From an uncultured delta proteobacterium (GTDB lineage Bacteria; Myxococcota_A; Polyangia; Fen-1088), in contig CAWCMR010000008.1 of the NCBI GenBank assembly GCA_963796685.1, forward strand, positions 384,001 to 448,000: a stretch of 64,000 nucleotides of DNA, written 5' to 3'. How positions within the stretch are numbered: the stretch's first letter is position 1; the number at the start of each line of letters is the position of its first letter. Shown here one piece after another: positions 1-14,677 of this stretch. Both the position numbers and the translations under genes were made by a program. The notes below the pieces were generated by a model. The model made no database searches and had not been told where the DNA came from. It saw only the letters and a program-made list of their open reading frames with translations.

Positions 1-272
1 CGAACGCGCGAGAAGGTTCGCAGCCCAAGCCCCACGTTCACCGTGGAAAGAACGAGCAGAAAGGCCATCCAGGTGCGGCTCATGTCGCTGTGTCGCTGGG
101 GTGACAGGGCGTAGGCCAGGGCGCCTACGAGAAAGATCGACCCCATCGCCGATTTCCCGATAGCCCAGCGAAGCGCACGCGCACGCAATTGGGCAGCACG
201 CACCTGGCGCAAGGACCGCGGATTCCCGGACGAGGGAGGACCTGTCGGCTTGTCGAAGAGATCCTGGCTCAT
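1..272 (-). CDS. Partial small membrane protein (runs off the window edge)
   Basis: Manual translation from ATG at 272: MSQDLFDKP...MGSIFLVGALAYAL...WMAFLLVLSTVNVGLGL; open to position 1; two hydrophobic segments. Confidence 0.5.
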   Translation of the reverse strand, partial: MSQDLFDKPTGPPSSGNPRSLRQVRAAQLRARALRWAIGKSAMGSIFLVGALAYALSPQRHSDMSRTWMAFLLVLSTVNVGLGLRTFSRV

Positions 273-337
273 GCGCCTTGCCAAACACTAGCCTTTGTTG
301 GCGCCACGTGCACGGACATACCGGTTTTCGCGCTAGA

Positions 338-1069
338 ATGCCCTCGCCCATGACCACCACGACGCACCTCGTGCTCGACATCGAAACCATACCCGACGCC
401 GACCTGTATGCGCCCGCGCAACCGAGCCCGGGAACCGAGCGAACATTCCCACCCATCTTCGCGTGCAAGCCGGTCGTCATCGGCGTGATGTGGCTGGACG
501 AGAACCTGGTTTGCAAGAAGACCGGCACCATCGGCGAAGGCAAGGACGAAGGCGGAATGCTGGCCGATTTCGCCGAGTTTATGGCCAAGTGGAAACCCAC
601 CATCGTGAGCTGGAACGGCCGCGGTTTCGACCTGCCCGTGCTCATGCTGCGCAGCCTGCGCTACGGCGTCTCGGCGCCCTGGTACTATCAAAATCGCGAC
701 TACCGCTACCGCTACAGCAACGAGGGCCACCTCGACCTGTGCGACGTGCTCGCCGATCACGGAGCTACCCGCATGACCTCCCTGCACGGCGCGGCACGGC
801 TGATCGGCTTGCCAGGCAAGGACGGCGTCGATGGCAGCCAAGTCGAAGCCATGTATCGCACCGGCCAGATCGAGGCCCTGCGCGGCTACTGCCTGTCCGA
901 CGTGGCACAAACCGCGTTCCTCTTCTTGCGCTACCGTCTGCTCTCCGGCCTGCTCGATCGGCCCGCCTACACCGTCGCCGCGACCAACTTGCTGGCCGCC
1001 GTTTCCGCGGATCCGCGCCTGGCCTCGCTGGTGGCACGGATCGAGCGAGACAGGCTATTGCTCGAGTAG
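338..1069 (+). CDS. PolB-related 3'-5' exonuclease (DEDD/RNase H-like)
   Basis: LVLDIETIPD (ExoI), VSWNGRGFDLPVL (ExoII), HLDLCD, YCLSDV (ExoIII); start at 338 or 350. Confidence 0.85.
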   Translation: MPSPMTTTTHLVLDIETIPDADLYAPAQPSPGTERTFPPIFACKPVVIGVMWLDENLVCKKTGTIGEGKDEGGMLADFAEFMAKWKPTIVSWNGRGFDLPVLMLRSLRYGVSAPWYYQNRDYRYRYSNEGHLDLCDVLADHGATRMTSLHGAARLIGLPGKDGVDGSQVEAMYRTGQIEALRGYCLSDVAQTAFLFLRYRLLSGLLDRPAYTVAATNLLAAVSADPRLASLVARIERDRLLLE

Positions 1070-1159
1070 GTGCGTGGGAATCCTCCCAGGGTTCCTCACA
1101 GGGTTCCCCTAGCATCCGGTGCGGCGTCCGTCGCGAAGGCGCGCTAGCATCCGCCTTCG

Positions 1160-3010
1160 ATGCGCGTCCTGCTCGTCACACCGCCCATGGTCCAATTCAA
1201 CACGGCCTACCCCGCCGTGCCGGCGCTCGTGGCGTTTCTGCGCGACAAGGGACACGAGGTCGCGCAGGAGGATCTGTCGCTGGCCCTGGCGCTGCGCCTG
1301 TTCTCTCCAACCGGCGTCTCGGCGATCGCGCGCGCCTTGCGCGGAAAATTCGCAGGCAAGCGCCGCCCTGCTTCGGTCCGGCATTTTCTGGCTCACACGG
1401 CTCGCATTCGCGCCGCCGTGGCGGATGCCGTGCTGCTCCTGCAGGGTCGCGCTCCGGATCTGGCGGCGCACCTGGCGTCCCCCGCGAGCCTGCCCGAGGG
1501 ACCGCGCTTCGCCGCTTTGCGCGGGCTCGTCGACGGCGAGGAGGTCGAGGTCGTCGCGCGTCACCGGGCCAGCATCTTTCTCGACGAGATCGCGGACGCC
1601 GTGCGCGAGGGCGTCGACGATCGCTTCGAGCTGGCCCGCTACGCCGAGCACCTGGCCGCCGACGCCGCCGGCTTCGATCCGCTGGCCCACGCGCTCGATC
1701 GACAGCCGACGCTTCTGGATCGCTGGATCGATGAGTTGGCCGAGCAAGCCTTCACGGCGCATCGACCCCGACTGGTGGGACTGACCGTGCCCTTCCCCGG
1801 CGCCTTCTACGGCGCATTCCGCATCGCCAGGCGCATGAAGGCGCTCGACCCCACCCTCGCGACCGTGCTCGGCGGCGGCTACGTCAACACCGAGCTGCGC
1901 GAGTTGGGCGAGCCGCGCGTGTTCGACACCTTCGACTACGTCACCTTCGACGACGGCGAGATCCCGCTCTCGAGAATCGTCGAATCGATCGCCGAGCCGA
2001 CGAGCCGAGCCGCGCTGGTGCGCACGCGGATTCGCCAACAAGGGCGCGTGGTCCTGTGTAACGACGCGACGGCTCCGCACTTGCGCCACCGCGAGCGCCC
2101 GGCCCCGGCCTTCTCCTCGCTGGCCACGGCAGGCTACATCGCCATGGCCGAGAGCCCCAATCCCATGCACCGCCTGTGGACCGAGCGACCGTGGATCAAG
2201 CTGACGCTCGCACACGGCTGCTATTGGCACCGCTGCGCCTTTTGCGACACCTCGCTCGACTACATTCGCAGCTACGATCCGGCGGACGCGGCGACCATCG
2301 TGGGTTGGATGGAGCGCACGATGGCGGACACCGGCCTTGCCGGGTTCCACTTCGTCGACGAGGCCGCGCCGCCGGCGCTGCTCGGTCATTTGTCGCGCCT
2401 GATCCTGGAGCGCGGCTTGCGCGTCGAGTGGTGGGCCAACATCCGCTTCGAAAGGAAGTTCGACCGCGAGCTCGCCGAGCTCATGGCACGCTCGGGCTGT
2501 CTGGCCATGAGCGGAGGTCTCGAGTGCGCGCACGATCGATTGCTGGAGCTCATGGACAAGGGCATCACCACGGCCCAGTCCGCGCAAGCCATGCATGCCC
2601 TCTCGGAGGCCGGTATCCTGGTTCACGCCTATCTCATGTATGGCTATCCCACGCAAACCGCACAGGAGACGGTGGACGCCCTCGATTTCGTGCGTGGCCT
2701 ATTCGCGCGAGGCAGTTTGCACTCGGCCTATTGGCATCGCTTCGCCTTGACCGCCCACAGCCCGGCATTCCGCGATCGAACCAAGCTGCGCCTGCGCATC
2801 CTCGATGCCCGCGAGGGTACGTTTTCCCGCAACGAGATCCCCTTCGACGAGCCAGGACGCCCCGATTCCGCGGCGTTCGGCGAGGGTCTGCGGCGCGCGA
2901 TCTACAACTTCATGCACGGGGTGGGGCTGGACAGCGACGTGCGGTCCTGGTTCGACTTTCCCGTTCCCCGCCCCAGCCGCCTTGGCAAGAGCCGCGCAAC
3001 GGGGGCCTAG
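1160..3010 (+). CDS. B12-binding-domain radical SAM protein
   Basis: GCYWHRCAFC CxxxCxxC motif; N-terminal LLVTPP..NTAYPA; FHFVDEAAPP, WWANIRFE. Confidence 0.85.
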   Translation: MRVLLVTPPMVQFNTAYPAVPALVAFLRDKGHEVAQEDLSLALALRLFSPTGVSAIARALRGKFAGKRRPASVRHFLAHTARIRAAVADAVLLLQGRAPDLAAHLASPASLPEGPRFAALRGLVDGEEVEVVARHRASIFLDEIADAVREGVDDRFELARYAEHLAADAAGFDPLAHALDRQPTLLDRWIDELAEQAFTAHRPRLVGLTVPFPGAFYGAFRIARRMKALDPTLATVLGGGYVNTELRELGEPRVFDTFDYVTFDDGEIPLSRIVESIAEPTSRAALVRTRIRQQGRVVLCNDATAPHLRHRERPAPAFSSLATAGYIAMAESPNPMHRLWTERPWIKLTLAHGCYWHRCAFCDTSLDYIRSYDPADAATIVGWMERTMADTGLAGFHFVDEAAPPALLGHLSRLILERGLRVEWWANIRFERKFDRELAELMARSGCLAMSGGLECAHDRLLELMDKGITTAQSAQAMHALSEAGILVHAYLMYGYPTQTAQETVDALDFVRGLFARGSLHSAYWHRFALTAHSPAFRDRTKLRLRILDAREGTFSRNEIPFDEPGRPDSAAFGEGLRRAIYNFMHGVGLDSDVRSWFDFPVPRPSRLGKSRATGA

Positions 3011-3168
3011 GAGACTGGTGTTAAATGGCGGACCGAGTCCTGGCGGAGCGAGGAGCCCCGGCCGCGAGGCGCGAGGAGGGCGAATACTGGACGTATTCAA
3101 CCGACGAGCAACGAAGCGGGCGGGGCCCGCAGCCCGCCAAGCGACGGGAGCCGTTTGACACCAGCCTC
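3011..3168 (+). mobile_element. MITE-like inverted-repeat element, copy 1
   Basis: Ends GAGACTGGTGTTAAATGGC / GCCGTTTGACACCAGCCTC form an imperfect inverted repeat, flanked by CTAG and CTGG; 54-nt core 3064-3117 matches 42229-42282 (reverse strand) at 47/54. Confidence 0.7.
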
Positions 3169-3237
3169 CTGGTCTCGTCGCTGACCGGCGGTACTAGCCG
3201 GCTCGCATGTTCCAGGGTAACGTTCGTCCTTCAAACC

Positions 3238-5856
3238 ATGCCAAGACCTTTCGTCGCTCCAGGCACCCTGTCCCATTTCGCCCCTGATTGTCCCGCTTCC
3301 GTCACGCACCTGCGGCTCGAATTGACGCCCGATCTTCAGGCGCGAACCCTGCGCGGGAGGGTGACGCTGACCTTGCAAAGCCGCAAGGACGGTCTTCAAG
3401 CGATGGAGCTGGATGCCGTGGACATGACCTTCGCCTCCGTTCGTGTCGACGAGGCTCCCGCCAAAGCTACCCACTACGACGGCAAACGCCTGCGCGTCGA
3501 GCTCGACAAGACGCGCCGCCGCGGCGACGCCTTCGCCATTACCATCGACTACCAGTGTGCGCCCACGCGCGGGCTCTACTTCGTGGGACCGGACGAGGCG
3601 CACCCGAACCGCCCGCGCGAGTGCTGGACGCAGGGACAGGACGAGGACTCGCGCTTCTACTTTCCCTGCGTCGATGCGCCCCTCCTCAAGTCCACCAGCG
3701 AGGTACTGTGCACGGCCCCTTCGGGTCTCTTCGTCCTGTCGAACGGGGACTTGCGCGAACGCCGCGAGCTCGACAACGGCCTGACCGAGTGGCACTACGC
3801 CTTGGATTTTCCCCATTCGCCCTACCTGGTAACCCTGGTCTGCGGGGAGTTCGCCGAGATCAAGGATCGCGCCAAGGAGACCGGCGTCGACGTGTACTAC
3901 TACGGACCCAAGGGCCGCGAGGCCGATATGCGGCGTAGCTTGGCCGCCACGCCGGACCTCATCGACTTTTTCTCGAAGACCATCGGCGTGCCCTATCCGT
4001 TCGGGCGCTACAGCCAGATCTTCGTCTCGGACTTCATCTTCGGCGGCATGGAGAACACGTCCGCCACCACGCTCACCGCCGAGGCCATGCTCGACGAGCG
4101 CGCCGCCCTCGATCAGGACATGGACTACCTGGTCGCGCACGAGCTGGCCCACCAGTGGTGGGGCGACCTCGTCACCTGCCGCGAGTGGCCCGAGGCCTGG
4201 CTGAACGAGGGCTTCGCCACCTATTTCGAGTACATCTGGCGCACCCATTCGCGTGGCCGCGACGAGGCCGACATCGATCTGCTAGGCGATCTCGACGGCT
4301 ACCTCGACGAGGCCGGCGAATACCAACGCCCCATCGTGTGCCGCCAGTTCGAAGAGCCCATCGACCTTTTCGACCGCCATCTCTACGAAAAGGGCGGTCG
4401 CGTCCTGCACATGCTCCGCCACGAGATCGGCGACGCGGATTTCTTTCGTACCCTGCGCCTGTACGCCGAACGCCATGCTCGCGGTTCGGTGGAGACCCGC
4501 GATCTGGCCCGCGCGGCCGAAGAGGCATCGGGGCGCAACCTCGATCGATTCTTCCATCAATGGATCGACCACGCCGGACATCCCGAGATCGAGTGCTCCT
4601 GGCAGTGGGACGCAGACAAGCAAGTCGGCTCGCTACATGTCGAACAGAAACAGGAGGGCGACAAGACCTACGACCTGCACACCTTGGTGCGGTTCGAGCT
4701 CGCCGGACACGAACGGGACGAAGCGATTCACCTCCACGAGCGTTCGCACACCTTCGAGCTCAAGCTCGACCACGCGCCCGACCAGATCGTCTTCGACCCC
4801 GGCGACGTCCTGCTCAAGACGGTCAAGTTCGACAAACCCCGTCCGCTGTGGGTGCGACAGCTCTCGAGCGCCAGCCTGGCCGTGGACCGCGTGCTCGCGG
4901 CTCGGGCTCTCGCGGACAAGCCCGACAGCACGACGGTGGTCGCGCTGCGCGCCGCCCTCGAGACCGACCCCTTTTGGGCCGTCCAAGCCGCCGCGGCCAC
5001 GGCCCTGGGCAAGACCCGACGCCAGGACGCCCTCGACGCCCTGCTGGCGGCGCGCGAGCACAAGCTGCCCAAGGTCAGGCGCGCGATCGCGGCGGCGCTG
5101 GGCGAGTTCCGCGTCGATTTCGATCCCGGCAACACCCGAGCCGCCGAAACCTTGGAGCGCTGGGTGCGTGAGGGAGATCCCAGCCTCTTCGTCGAGGCCA
5201 ATGCGGCCCTGGCTCTCGGACGGGTACGCTCGCCGCGCGCGGTGGAGATCCTGACGTCCGCGCTCGACCGGCGGGTCTACATGGACGCCATCCGCGCCCG
5301 CGCGCTGGAGGGTTTGGGCGCGACTTCGGACGAAGCGGCCTATCCGGTAGTCGAAGCGGCGATCACCCTCAAAGCCTCGTTTCAGTCGCGTCGGGCCGCG
5401 GTCACGGCCCTTGGCCGTCTGGCAGAAGGCACCGCCCATGCTCGCCGCGCCCGCGAGCGCCTGGAGGCTTGCCTCGCCGACCCGGACTTCCGCGTCCGCA
5501 TGGATGCCGGGCTCGCGCTCGCCGAAATCGGCGATGCGCGCTCCATCTCCGCCATCGAGCGCGCACGCAGCGCCGAGCTCGACGGTCGGGTCAAGCGCCG
5601 CTATCGCAACGCAATCGCGCAGCTGCGCGAAAAGGGATCGCCCGGAGACAAGCTTCGCAAGCTCGGCGAAGAGGTCGAGCGTCTGCGCGGCGAAGCCACG
5701 CAGTTGCGTGAGCGTGTCGAGAAGCTCGAAGCGCGTCCCGAGGTCGCCAAGCCGCCCACGCCGACGGGGCACGGCCCGACACCGGCCGCGGCCAAGCGCC
5801 CGCGCCCGGGCGGCCATCGCGCCGGCCGCAAGACCATCGCGCCGCGCCGGAGGTAG
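3238..5856 (+). CDS. pepN: M1 family aminopeptidase with C-terminal HEAT repeats and coiled coil
   Basis: GGMEN, HELAH...WLNEGFA zinc motif, YEKG; HEAT-like repeats (DPFWAVQAAAATALG); start set at ATG 3238 because the upstream ORF part is the MITE. Confidence 0.88.
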   Translation: MPRPFVAPGTLSHFAPDCPASVTHLRLELTPDLQARTLRGRVTLTLQSRKDGLQAMELDAVDMTFASVRVDEAPAKATHYDGKRLRVELDKTRRRGDAFAITIDYQCAPTRGLYFVGPDEAHPNRPRECWTQGQDEDSRFYFPCVDAPLLKSTSEVLCTAPSGLFVLSNGDLRERRELDNGLTEWHYALDFPHSPYLVTLVCGEFAEIKDRAKETGVDVYYYGPKGREADMRRSLAATPDLIDFFSKTIGVPYPFGRYSQIFVSDFIFGGMENTSATTLTAEAMLDERAALDQDMDYLVAHELAHQWWGDLVTCREWPEAWLNEGFATYFEYIWRTHSRGRDEADIDLLGDLDGYLDEAGEYQRPIVCRQFEEPIDLFDRHLYEKGGRVLHMLRHEIGDADFFRTLRLYAERHARGSVETRDLARAAEEASGRNLDRFFHQWIDHAGHPEIECSWQWDADKQVGSLHVEQKQEGDKTYDLHTLVRFELAGHERDEAIHLHERSHTFELKLDHAPDQIVFDPGDVLLKTVKFDKPRPLWVRQLSSASLAVDRVLAARALADKPDSTTVVALRAALETDPFWAVQAAAATALGKTRRQDALDALLAAREHKLPKVRRAIAAALGEFRVDFDPGNTRAAETLERWVREGDPSLFVEANAALALGRVRSPRAVEILTSALDRRVYMDAIRARALEGLGATSDEAAYPVVEAAITLKASFQSRRAAVTALGRLAEGTAHARRARERLEACLADPDFRVRMDAGLALAEIGDARSISAIERARSAELDGRVKRRYRNAIAQLREKGSPGDKLRKLGEEVERLRGEATQLRERVEKLEARPEVAKPPTPTGHGPTPAAAKRPRPGGHRAGRKTIAPRRR

Positions 5857-5878
5857 GGGCGGGTTTCAGATCCGCCCC
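5853..5878 (+). repeat. GTAG-type REP hairpin between convergent pepN and lon
   Basis: GTAG + GGGCGG-GTTTCAGAT-CCGCCC(C); GTAG contains the pepN stop codon. Confidence 0.6.
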
Positions 5879-5883
5879 ATGGG

Positions 5884-8301
<2,418 letters not shown>

Positions 8302-8392
8302 TGCACAAATCGTAGTACGCACCGAGCCCGGCTGCGACAAGTATTCGCAGCGAAAAAGTGACTATTCTCGGTGGAGGTCCGGTTCTGCCATT

Positions 8393-9583
<1,191 letters not shown>

Positions 9584-9596
9584 GTCTTCTCCTGCG

Positions 9597-11057
9597 TTAC
9601 ATGAAATATCGGCGGGCCATGTCGAGCGCGTGGTACGCAGCCGCCCTGCGAATGCGCTCGCGGTCGCCGGAAAAAAGCTTACTGGAGGACTTGGTTGGAC
9701 GCGGTCCCGCGATGGCAAAGCACACCGATCCCACCGGCTTGTCGCCGGCGGATCCGCCGGCCGGGACGCCAGGACGGCCGTCCATCTTGCTGCCGGCGAC
9801 GCCAGTGATGGACACCGCGATGGTGGCGCCCGTCAGATTCCGCGCCCCCTCCGCCATGGCACGTGCGCAAGGCTCGCTGACCGCCCCGTGCTCGCTGAGC
9901 ATCTCGGCAGGAACGCCGAGCACCTTGGTCTTGACGTCGTTGGCGTAGGCCATCACGCCTCCCAAGAAGAAATCGCTGGCCCCAGGTTCCGAGGTGAGGA
10001 GCTGGCCCGCGTAGCCTGCCGTGCACGACTCGGCCAGGGCCAAGGTGGCACCCGCCTCGCGCAGGGTCTTGCCCACCACCATGGGGAAGGTTTCCCCGTC
10101 GGTGCCATAGACCCCCTGGCCGATGCGCTTGCGCAGCTCGTGGTCGATTTGCTCCAGCACGGTCTGACTCTTGGCGAAGTCGCCCGAGCGCACCACGATC
10201 TTCACGTGGTTCTCGGGCGAGGCGGTGCGAAAGTGGACGGTCACGTCCGGGATGTTCCCGACCAGACCGACCAGACGGTGGTCGATGTGCGATTCGCCCA
10301 TCCCATAGACGTGAAAGGTCCGAACCGCGGCCCGCGGCACCCCGTGCTCGGTCATGCGCTGGACCAGGCGAGGCATGCACTGCGAGAGAAAGATGCTTTC
10401 CATCTCGCGCGGGATCCCCGGCAGAAAATACGCCTCGGCCTGTCCGACGCGGAGGCAGAAACCCGGCGCGATCCCGGCGGCGTTGGCAAAGGCAGTTGCC
10501 CCCTCGGGAACACGCACCTGGCGCATGTTGTTGGGGGTCAAGGCGAAGCCGTGGGCCGAGAACCGCTGCTTCATGGCATCGAGCGAAGGCGCGTGCTCGG
10601 TTGCTGCCACGCCAAGCAGGTCGGAAACCACATCCACCGTCCGATCGTCATCGGTCGGGCCAAGCCCGCCGGTGGCCACGATCACGGCGACCTCGCCGGC
10701 CAGACTCTCGATGGCGGCGCGGATGTCGGCCGGCGCGTCGGAAACCACGCGGTGAGCCCGAACGTCGTAACCGGCGTCGAACAGCCTATCGGACAGGAAT
10801 GCGGCGTTGGAATTCGCGATTTCCCCACGCAGCACCTCGTCACCGATGGCCAGAACCGCTGCCGTCCCGGGGGGCGGGGGCGCCTTGGTCGCCGTGACCT
10901 CGGGGTCTTTCAGCGCCGCGGGCTTGGCCCCGACCACACGCGCCTCGCTGACGGGCTTCGCCACCTTGCGGCTGGCGGCTCCCGCCTTGCGCGAGCCACC
11001 GGTGGCCGGCGCTCGTTTGACGGCTTGCTTGCTCGGTTTGCGCGCTTCGCTGGCCAT
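9597..11057 (-). CDS. cinA: Competence/damage-inducible protein CinA (MoCF-like + NMN deamidase)
   Basis: [44 protein letters not shown]; directly upstream of recA. Confidence 0.93.
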   Translation of the reverse strand: MASEARKPSKQAVKRAPATGGSRKAGAASRKVAKPVSEARVVGAKPAALKDPEVTATKAPPPPGTAAVLAIGDEVLRGEIANSNAAFLSDRLFDAGYDVRAHRVVSDAPADIRAAIESLAGEVAVIVATGGLGPTDDDRTVDVVSDLLGVAATEHAPSLDAMKQRFSAHGFALTPNNMRQVRVPEGATAFANAAGIAPGFCLRVGQAEAYFLPGIPREMESIFLSQCMPRLVQRMTEHGVPRAAVRTFHVYGMGESHIDHRLVGLVGNIPDVTVHFRTASPENHVKIVVRSGDFAKSQTVLEQIDHELRKRIGQGVYGTDGETFPMVVGKTLREAGATLALAESCTAGYAGQLLTSEPGASDFFLGGVMAYANDVKTKVLGVPAEMLSEHGAVSEPCARAMAEGARNLTGATIAVSITGVAGSKMDGRPGVPAGGSAGDKPVGSVCFAIAGPRPTKSSSKLFSGDRERIRRAAAYHALDMARRYFM

Positions 11058-11070
11058 GCTCCGGCGGAAC

Positions 11071-11116
11071 TTAGACATTTGTTCAGTACCTTAGCGAGCG
11101 ACCTTGCGCCAGTCAA
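11071..11116 (-). promoter_or_regulatory. Sigma70 promoter with LexA (SOS) box for cinA-recA
   Basis: Minus strand TTGACT-17-TAAGGT, one base, then CTGAACAAATGTCTAA (imperfect CTGAAC-N4-GTTCAG palindrome). Confidence 0.65.
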
Positions 11117-11196
11117 CAACCACCGACAGAATCTCGGGAATCGTTCAACAAGGTTGACAAGGGGCCACCTCCGACGGTCAACTGTTGGGGCTCCCC

Positions 11197-11961
11197 ATGC
11201 GAATCCGCTACGCAGCCAAGACGGATCAAGGACTCAAGCGTAACCACAACGAGGATTACTTCTGCCTCATCGAGGAGGAGCAGCTTTTTCTCGTGGCGGA
11301 CGGCATGGGCGGACACGCCTGCGGCGAGGTCGCTTCCAAGATGGCCGCCGACGTGGTCCGCGAGTTCTTCGCTCGGACGCGCGACGAGGACGTCACCTGG
11401 CCGTACAAGATGGACCACACCTTGTCGGTGCTGGAAAATCGGCTGAACGTCGGCATCCGCCTGGCCAACAAGAAGATTCACGAGTCGGCGTCCAAGGACG
11501 TACGCCTGAGCGGGATGGGGACTACCGTCGTCATCGGCCAGATCGCCGACGACCGCTTCTACGTGGCGCACGTGGGGGATTCGCGCTGCTACCGTGTGCG
11601 CGAAGGACAGGTCAAACAGCTGACCCGCGACCACTCCCTGCTCGAAGACTACAAGGAAGCGCGCCCCGGCATGAGCGACGAGGAGCAGCGCAAATTCCCG
11701 CACAAGAACGTGATCACGCGCGCTCTCGGGATGCGCGACACCGTCCAAGTGGACATCACGTCCGAGGAGATCCAGGACGGCGACATCTTCCTGCTGTGCT
11801 CGGATGGACTGTCCGGCATGGTTCAGGATACGACCCTTCCCGAGCATCTGAAGGTGGGCGGAGATCTGGACGCAGCCGTGAACAAGCTGGTCGCGGCCGC
11901 CAATGCCGCGGGCGGCACCGATAACATCACGGTGCTGGTGCTGGAGTGCCGCCAGAGCTAG
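11197..11961 (+). CDS. PP2C-type Ser/Thr protein phosphatase (Stp1/Pph1-like)
   Basis: [46 protein letters not shown]. Confidence 0.95.
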   Translation: MRIRYAAKTDQGLKRNHNEDYFCLIEEEQLFLVADGMGGHACGEVASKMAADVVREFFARTRDEDVTWPYKMDHTLSVLENRLNVGIRLANKKIHESASKDVRLSGMGTTVVIGQIADDRFYVAHVGDSRCYRVREGQVKQLTRDHSLLEDYKEARPGMSDEEQRKFPHKNVITRALGMRDTVQVDITSEEIQDGDIFLLCSDGLSGMVQDTTLPEHLKVGGDLDAAVNKLVAAANAAGGTDNITVLVLECRQS

Positions 11962-12083
11962 CCAGCCAGCCCGCGTGATTCGTCAGGATCGGATCGCGGA
12001 GGGGCACGCCCCGACAGTCATCGACGGGCTCCGCAAATCGACTGGACGGCCAAGCGGTGTCGCGGCTCGCATTCGCGCGCAGC

Positions 12084-14645
12084 TCACTGCTGGCAAGACT
12101 TGACCTCGACGGCCTCGCTGCCGCGAGGGCCGAAGCGTTTGAGCACGCTCCAGTGGGCTTTGCCGCCGAGCTTTTGCACGAGCGGCAGCACGCTTTCCGC
12201 CAACACCTCGGGTTCGGCGCCGCGAATGACGATGTCCGGGCGGCCTTCGAAGACCTGCTCGAGCTCGACGCGTACGCGCCCCCCCATGGCCTGGGCAATG
12301 TCGTGCAATCCGGTCACCAGCGCTGCCTCGGCCACGTCGGCCGTCTGGCCGGCCCTTCCACAGTCGCGCAGGACCAGGCCGCGGTCGAGATAGGACGCCT
12401 CGTGGGGATGAATGCTCTCCCACGCGGGAAGTGCCGCGGGTGGATCAGGGGGACGCTGGAACCACCCCGGCGGAATGGTCAGGAAGATGGCACCACGGTC
12501 CTCGAGGCCGATCACCAGCCGGCCGTCCGGCGCCTCCGCCAGCGCGAGCACGCGCGTGTCGGCCAGCATGGGGATCGCCGGGTGCACCTGGTCCACGTGC
12601 TCCTTGTCGCGCAACACCCACAGGCCGCGCCCACCCAGCCACAGCCGCTTGGTGCCGTCGCGCATGAACAAGCTGACCTCGTCGTCGAGCCCTTCGGGCC
12701 TGAGCAGCTCGCAACTGCCCCACTTGATGTTGAAGACGCAGAGCCCGTGATCCGTGGCCAGCAGCAGCTCCTCTTTTTGGTTTCCCCAGAGGGTCAGGTC
12801 GCGGATGAGCAACCTGTGGCCATCGAGCTTGACCGGAACTTCATCGATGAGCGGCACACCGCCGGCTTCATTGCTGTCGAGCCGGACCAGCGCCCAGCTC
12901 GACTCCCCAGTGGGCAGGCCGTAGAACGGCGAGGTGTAGGCTTCGGCGAAGTGTAGCGGGTCGCCAATGGGGGTATTGGGGTGGCCGTGGCCGTGGCCTG
13001 CTGTCGCGACACGCGCGCCGGCTCCGCTCCCCGCATTCGCCGGTCCCGCGCGCATCACCATGCGCCAATGACCGCCCGCGAAGCTCCATAGACCTTGATC
13101 GTCCACATTCCAAAGCTGCCTGTCGGGCGTCGCGAAGGTGTCGTCGGGCTCGATGGGCAATTCCTCGCGGCCGAGCACGGTCAGGACCTTGCCATCCCAG
13201 CGCGCGGTCAGGAACACGTCGCGCAGGCCGTGAATATGGCCGACGTAGTTGCGGGGCGGCCCGGCCTTGGCGATGACGTAGCTGACCTCCCCCTCGATGG
13301 GGATCGTGGTCATGGCCGCCCACAGGCGCTCTTTCTCGCCGGGCCTGGGAAAGCCCATGAGCTCGGCCGGGGGCATGATGGGGTCCGGGAGGGGATGCCA
13401 GCCGCCGCCTTTGTAGAAGAGCGGCCCGCCCTCGCCGTAGAACGACATGCCGTTCGTCAAACGCACGATGGTAGAGGGTCTGGAAACGGAATCCTGCCCC
13501 TCGAGAAAATGACGGCGGGTGAGCTCGGACGTGAACTCCATGAAACCGCCACGCGCCAACGTGACCAAGACGCGGTGGCCGGCGAGATGGGCTTGGCCCA
13601 CGGCCACCACCGCGTCGTTTTCGCGATGTCCGGCGGCCAGGGCATCCAGCGGTTGCCAGCCGGAGAGGTTCGCGTCGCTGACGGAGACACCGTCGTGGGA
13701 GACCACGAGAACGCGCTCGGCATCGCGCTCTTCGAGCACCTGCGTGATCGGCGTCGAGGGCGCGGCCTGGGCTGCGCGCTTTCCGCCTGCCCCGTGCAGA
13801 AGAACCGGCTTCGTCCCGGGCAGCAGGCGAACCACGTAGCTCGGCGACTCGCCCGATCGATCCGAGCCGCCAAAGGCCCAGATTTGACCGTCGGACAGCT
13901 CGACGAAGCCGCGCAGCCCGGGCCAACCGGCCTTCCACGCCATATCCTTGCGGGCACCCGTCACGAGATCGAGAACATGCACGAGACCGCCGCTGGCGAA
14001 CCAAAGTCGATCCTCGCTGTCGAGAAATAGGCGAGAGCCGCTGCCCACGGAATAGGTGCGGCCCTGCCCATCGTCCTTGACCAGCAAACGTTCATCCGAC
14101 TCCGATCCGGCCGGCGGACGGTAGGCGATCACCAGCGCGCCGTCTTTCGCCCGCTTGCCAACCCACTGGGGCTGTCCTGGGACATCGGTGACCTCCTCGA
14201 TACCGAGGTCGCTCGCGGTCACGCGGACGATGGAGCCGTTGGCAATGCCGACGAGCACATGGGTCTTGTCGGCTGGGCCGAGGCAGGTGGCGCGGCGGCG
14301 CAAGACCTTCTCCTGGCGCAACTTGAACGTCTCGGCATCGAAGGTGACCAGGTTTCCCGACGCCGCCAGGCCGAAGATTTGTCCGTCGAGCAGGCGGCTG
14401 TCCACGATGGCGTTGCGATCGAAGTGATACTCGATACCCAGCTTGAGCTGCTCGGGCTTGTGCTTGACGTGGAATACGACCCGTCTTGGGCGCCCGCCTT
14501 CCCCTTCGTCGTCCAGCCCCGACGGCGGCGAAAAGACGAAGCTGACCGTGGCAATGACGACCGCGCCCGCAAGCGCGAGGATGAGCCAGCGTTTGCTTCG
14601 CCCACGAGTCTTGACAGGTTGGTCTGGTGGGGCGTCGTCACTCAT
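12084..14645 (-). CDS. Membrane-anchored extracytoplasmic beta-propeller-like hypothetical protein
   Basis: N-terminal TM (WLILALAGAVVIATVSFVF); blade-like repeats (LFLDSEDRLWF, FMRDGTKRLWLGG, ALAEAPDGRLVIG). Confidence 0.65.
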   Translation of the reverse strand: MSDDAPPDQPVKTRGRSKRWLILALAGAVVIATVSFVFSPPSGLDDEGEGGRPRRVVFHVKHKPEQLKLGIEYHFDRNAIVDSRLLDGQIFGLAASGNLVTFDAETFKLRQEKVLRRRATCLGPADKTHVLVGIANGSIVRVTASDLGIEEVTDVPGQPQWVGKRAKDGALVIAYRPPAGSESDERLLVKDDGQGRTYSVGSGSRLFLDSEDRLWFASGGLVHVLDLVTGARKDMAWKAGWPGLRGFVELSDGQIWAFGGSDRSGESPSYVVRLLPGTKPVLLHGAGGKRAAQAAPSTPITQVLEERDAERVLVVSHDGVSVSDANLSGWQPLDALAAGHRENDAVVAVGQAHLAGHRVLVTLARGGFMEFTSELTRRHFLEGQDSVSRPSTIVRLTNGMSFYGEGGPLFYKGGGWHPLPDPIMPPAELMGFPRPGEKERLWAAMTTIPIEGEVSYVIAKAGPPRNYVGHIHGLRDVFLTARWDGKVLTVLGREELPIEPDDTFATPDRQLWNVDDQGLWSFAGGHWRMVMRAGPANAGSGAGARVATAGHGHGHPNTPIGDPLHFAEAYTSPFYGLPTGESSWALVRLDSNEAGGVPLIDEVPVKLDGHRLLIRDLTLWGNQKEELLLATDHGLCVFNIKWGSCELLRPEGLDDEVSLFMRDGTKRLWLGGRGLWVLRDKEHVDQVHPAIPMLADTRVLALAEAPDGRLVIGLEDRGAIFLTIPPGWFQRPPDPPAALPAWESIHPHEASYLDRGLVLRDCGRAGQTADVAEAALVTGLHDIAQAMGGRVRVELEQVFEGRPDIVIRGAEPEVLAESVLPLVQKLGGKAHWSVLKRFGPRGSEAVEVKSCQQ

Positions 14646-14677
14646 GCGGAGGTCGGCCTAGGATACACGAGCCGCAA

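Noticed and set aside
3025-3237. 71-aa N-terminal extension of the M1 peptidase in the ORF track
   Set aside because: Mostly read-through of the MITE-like element; ATG 3238 is the more likely start
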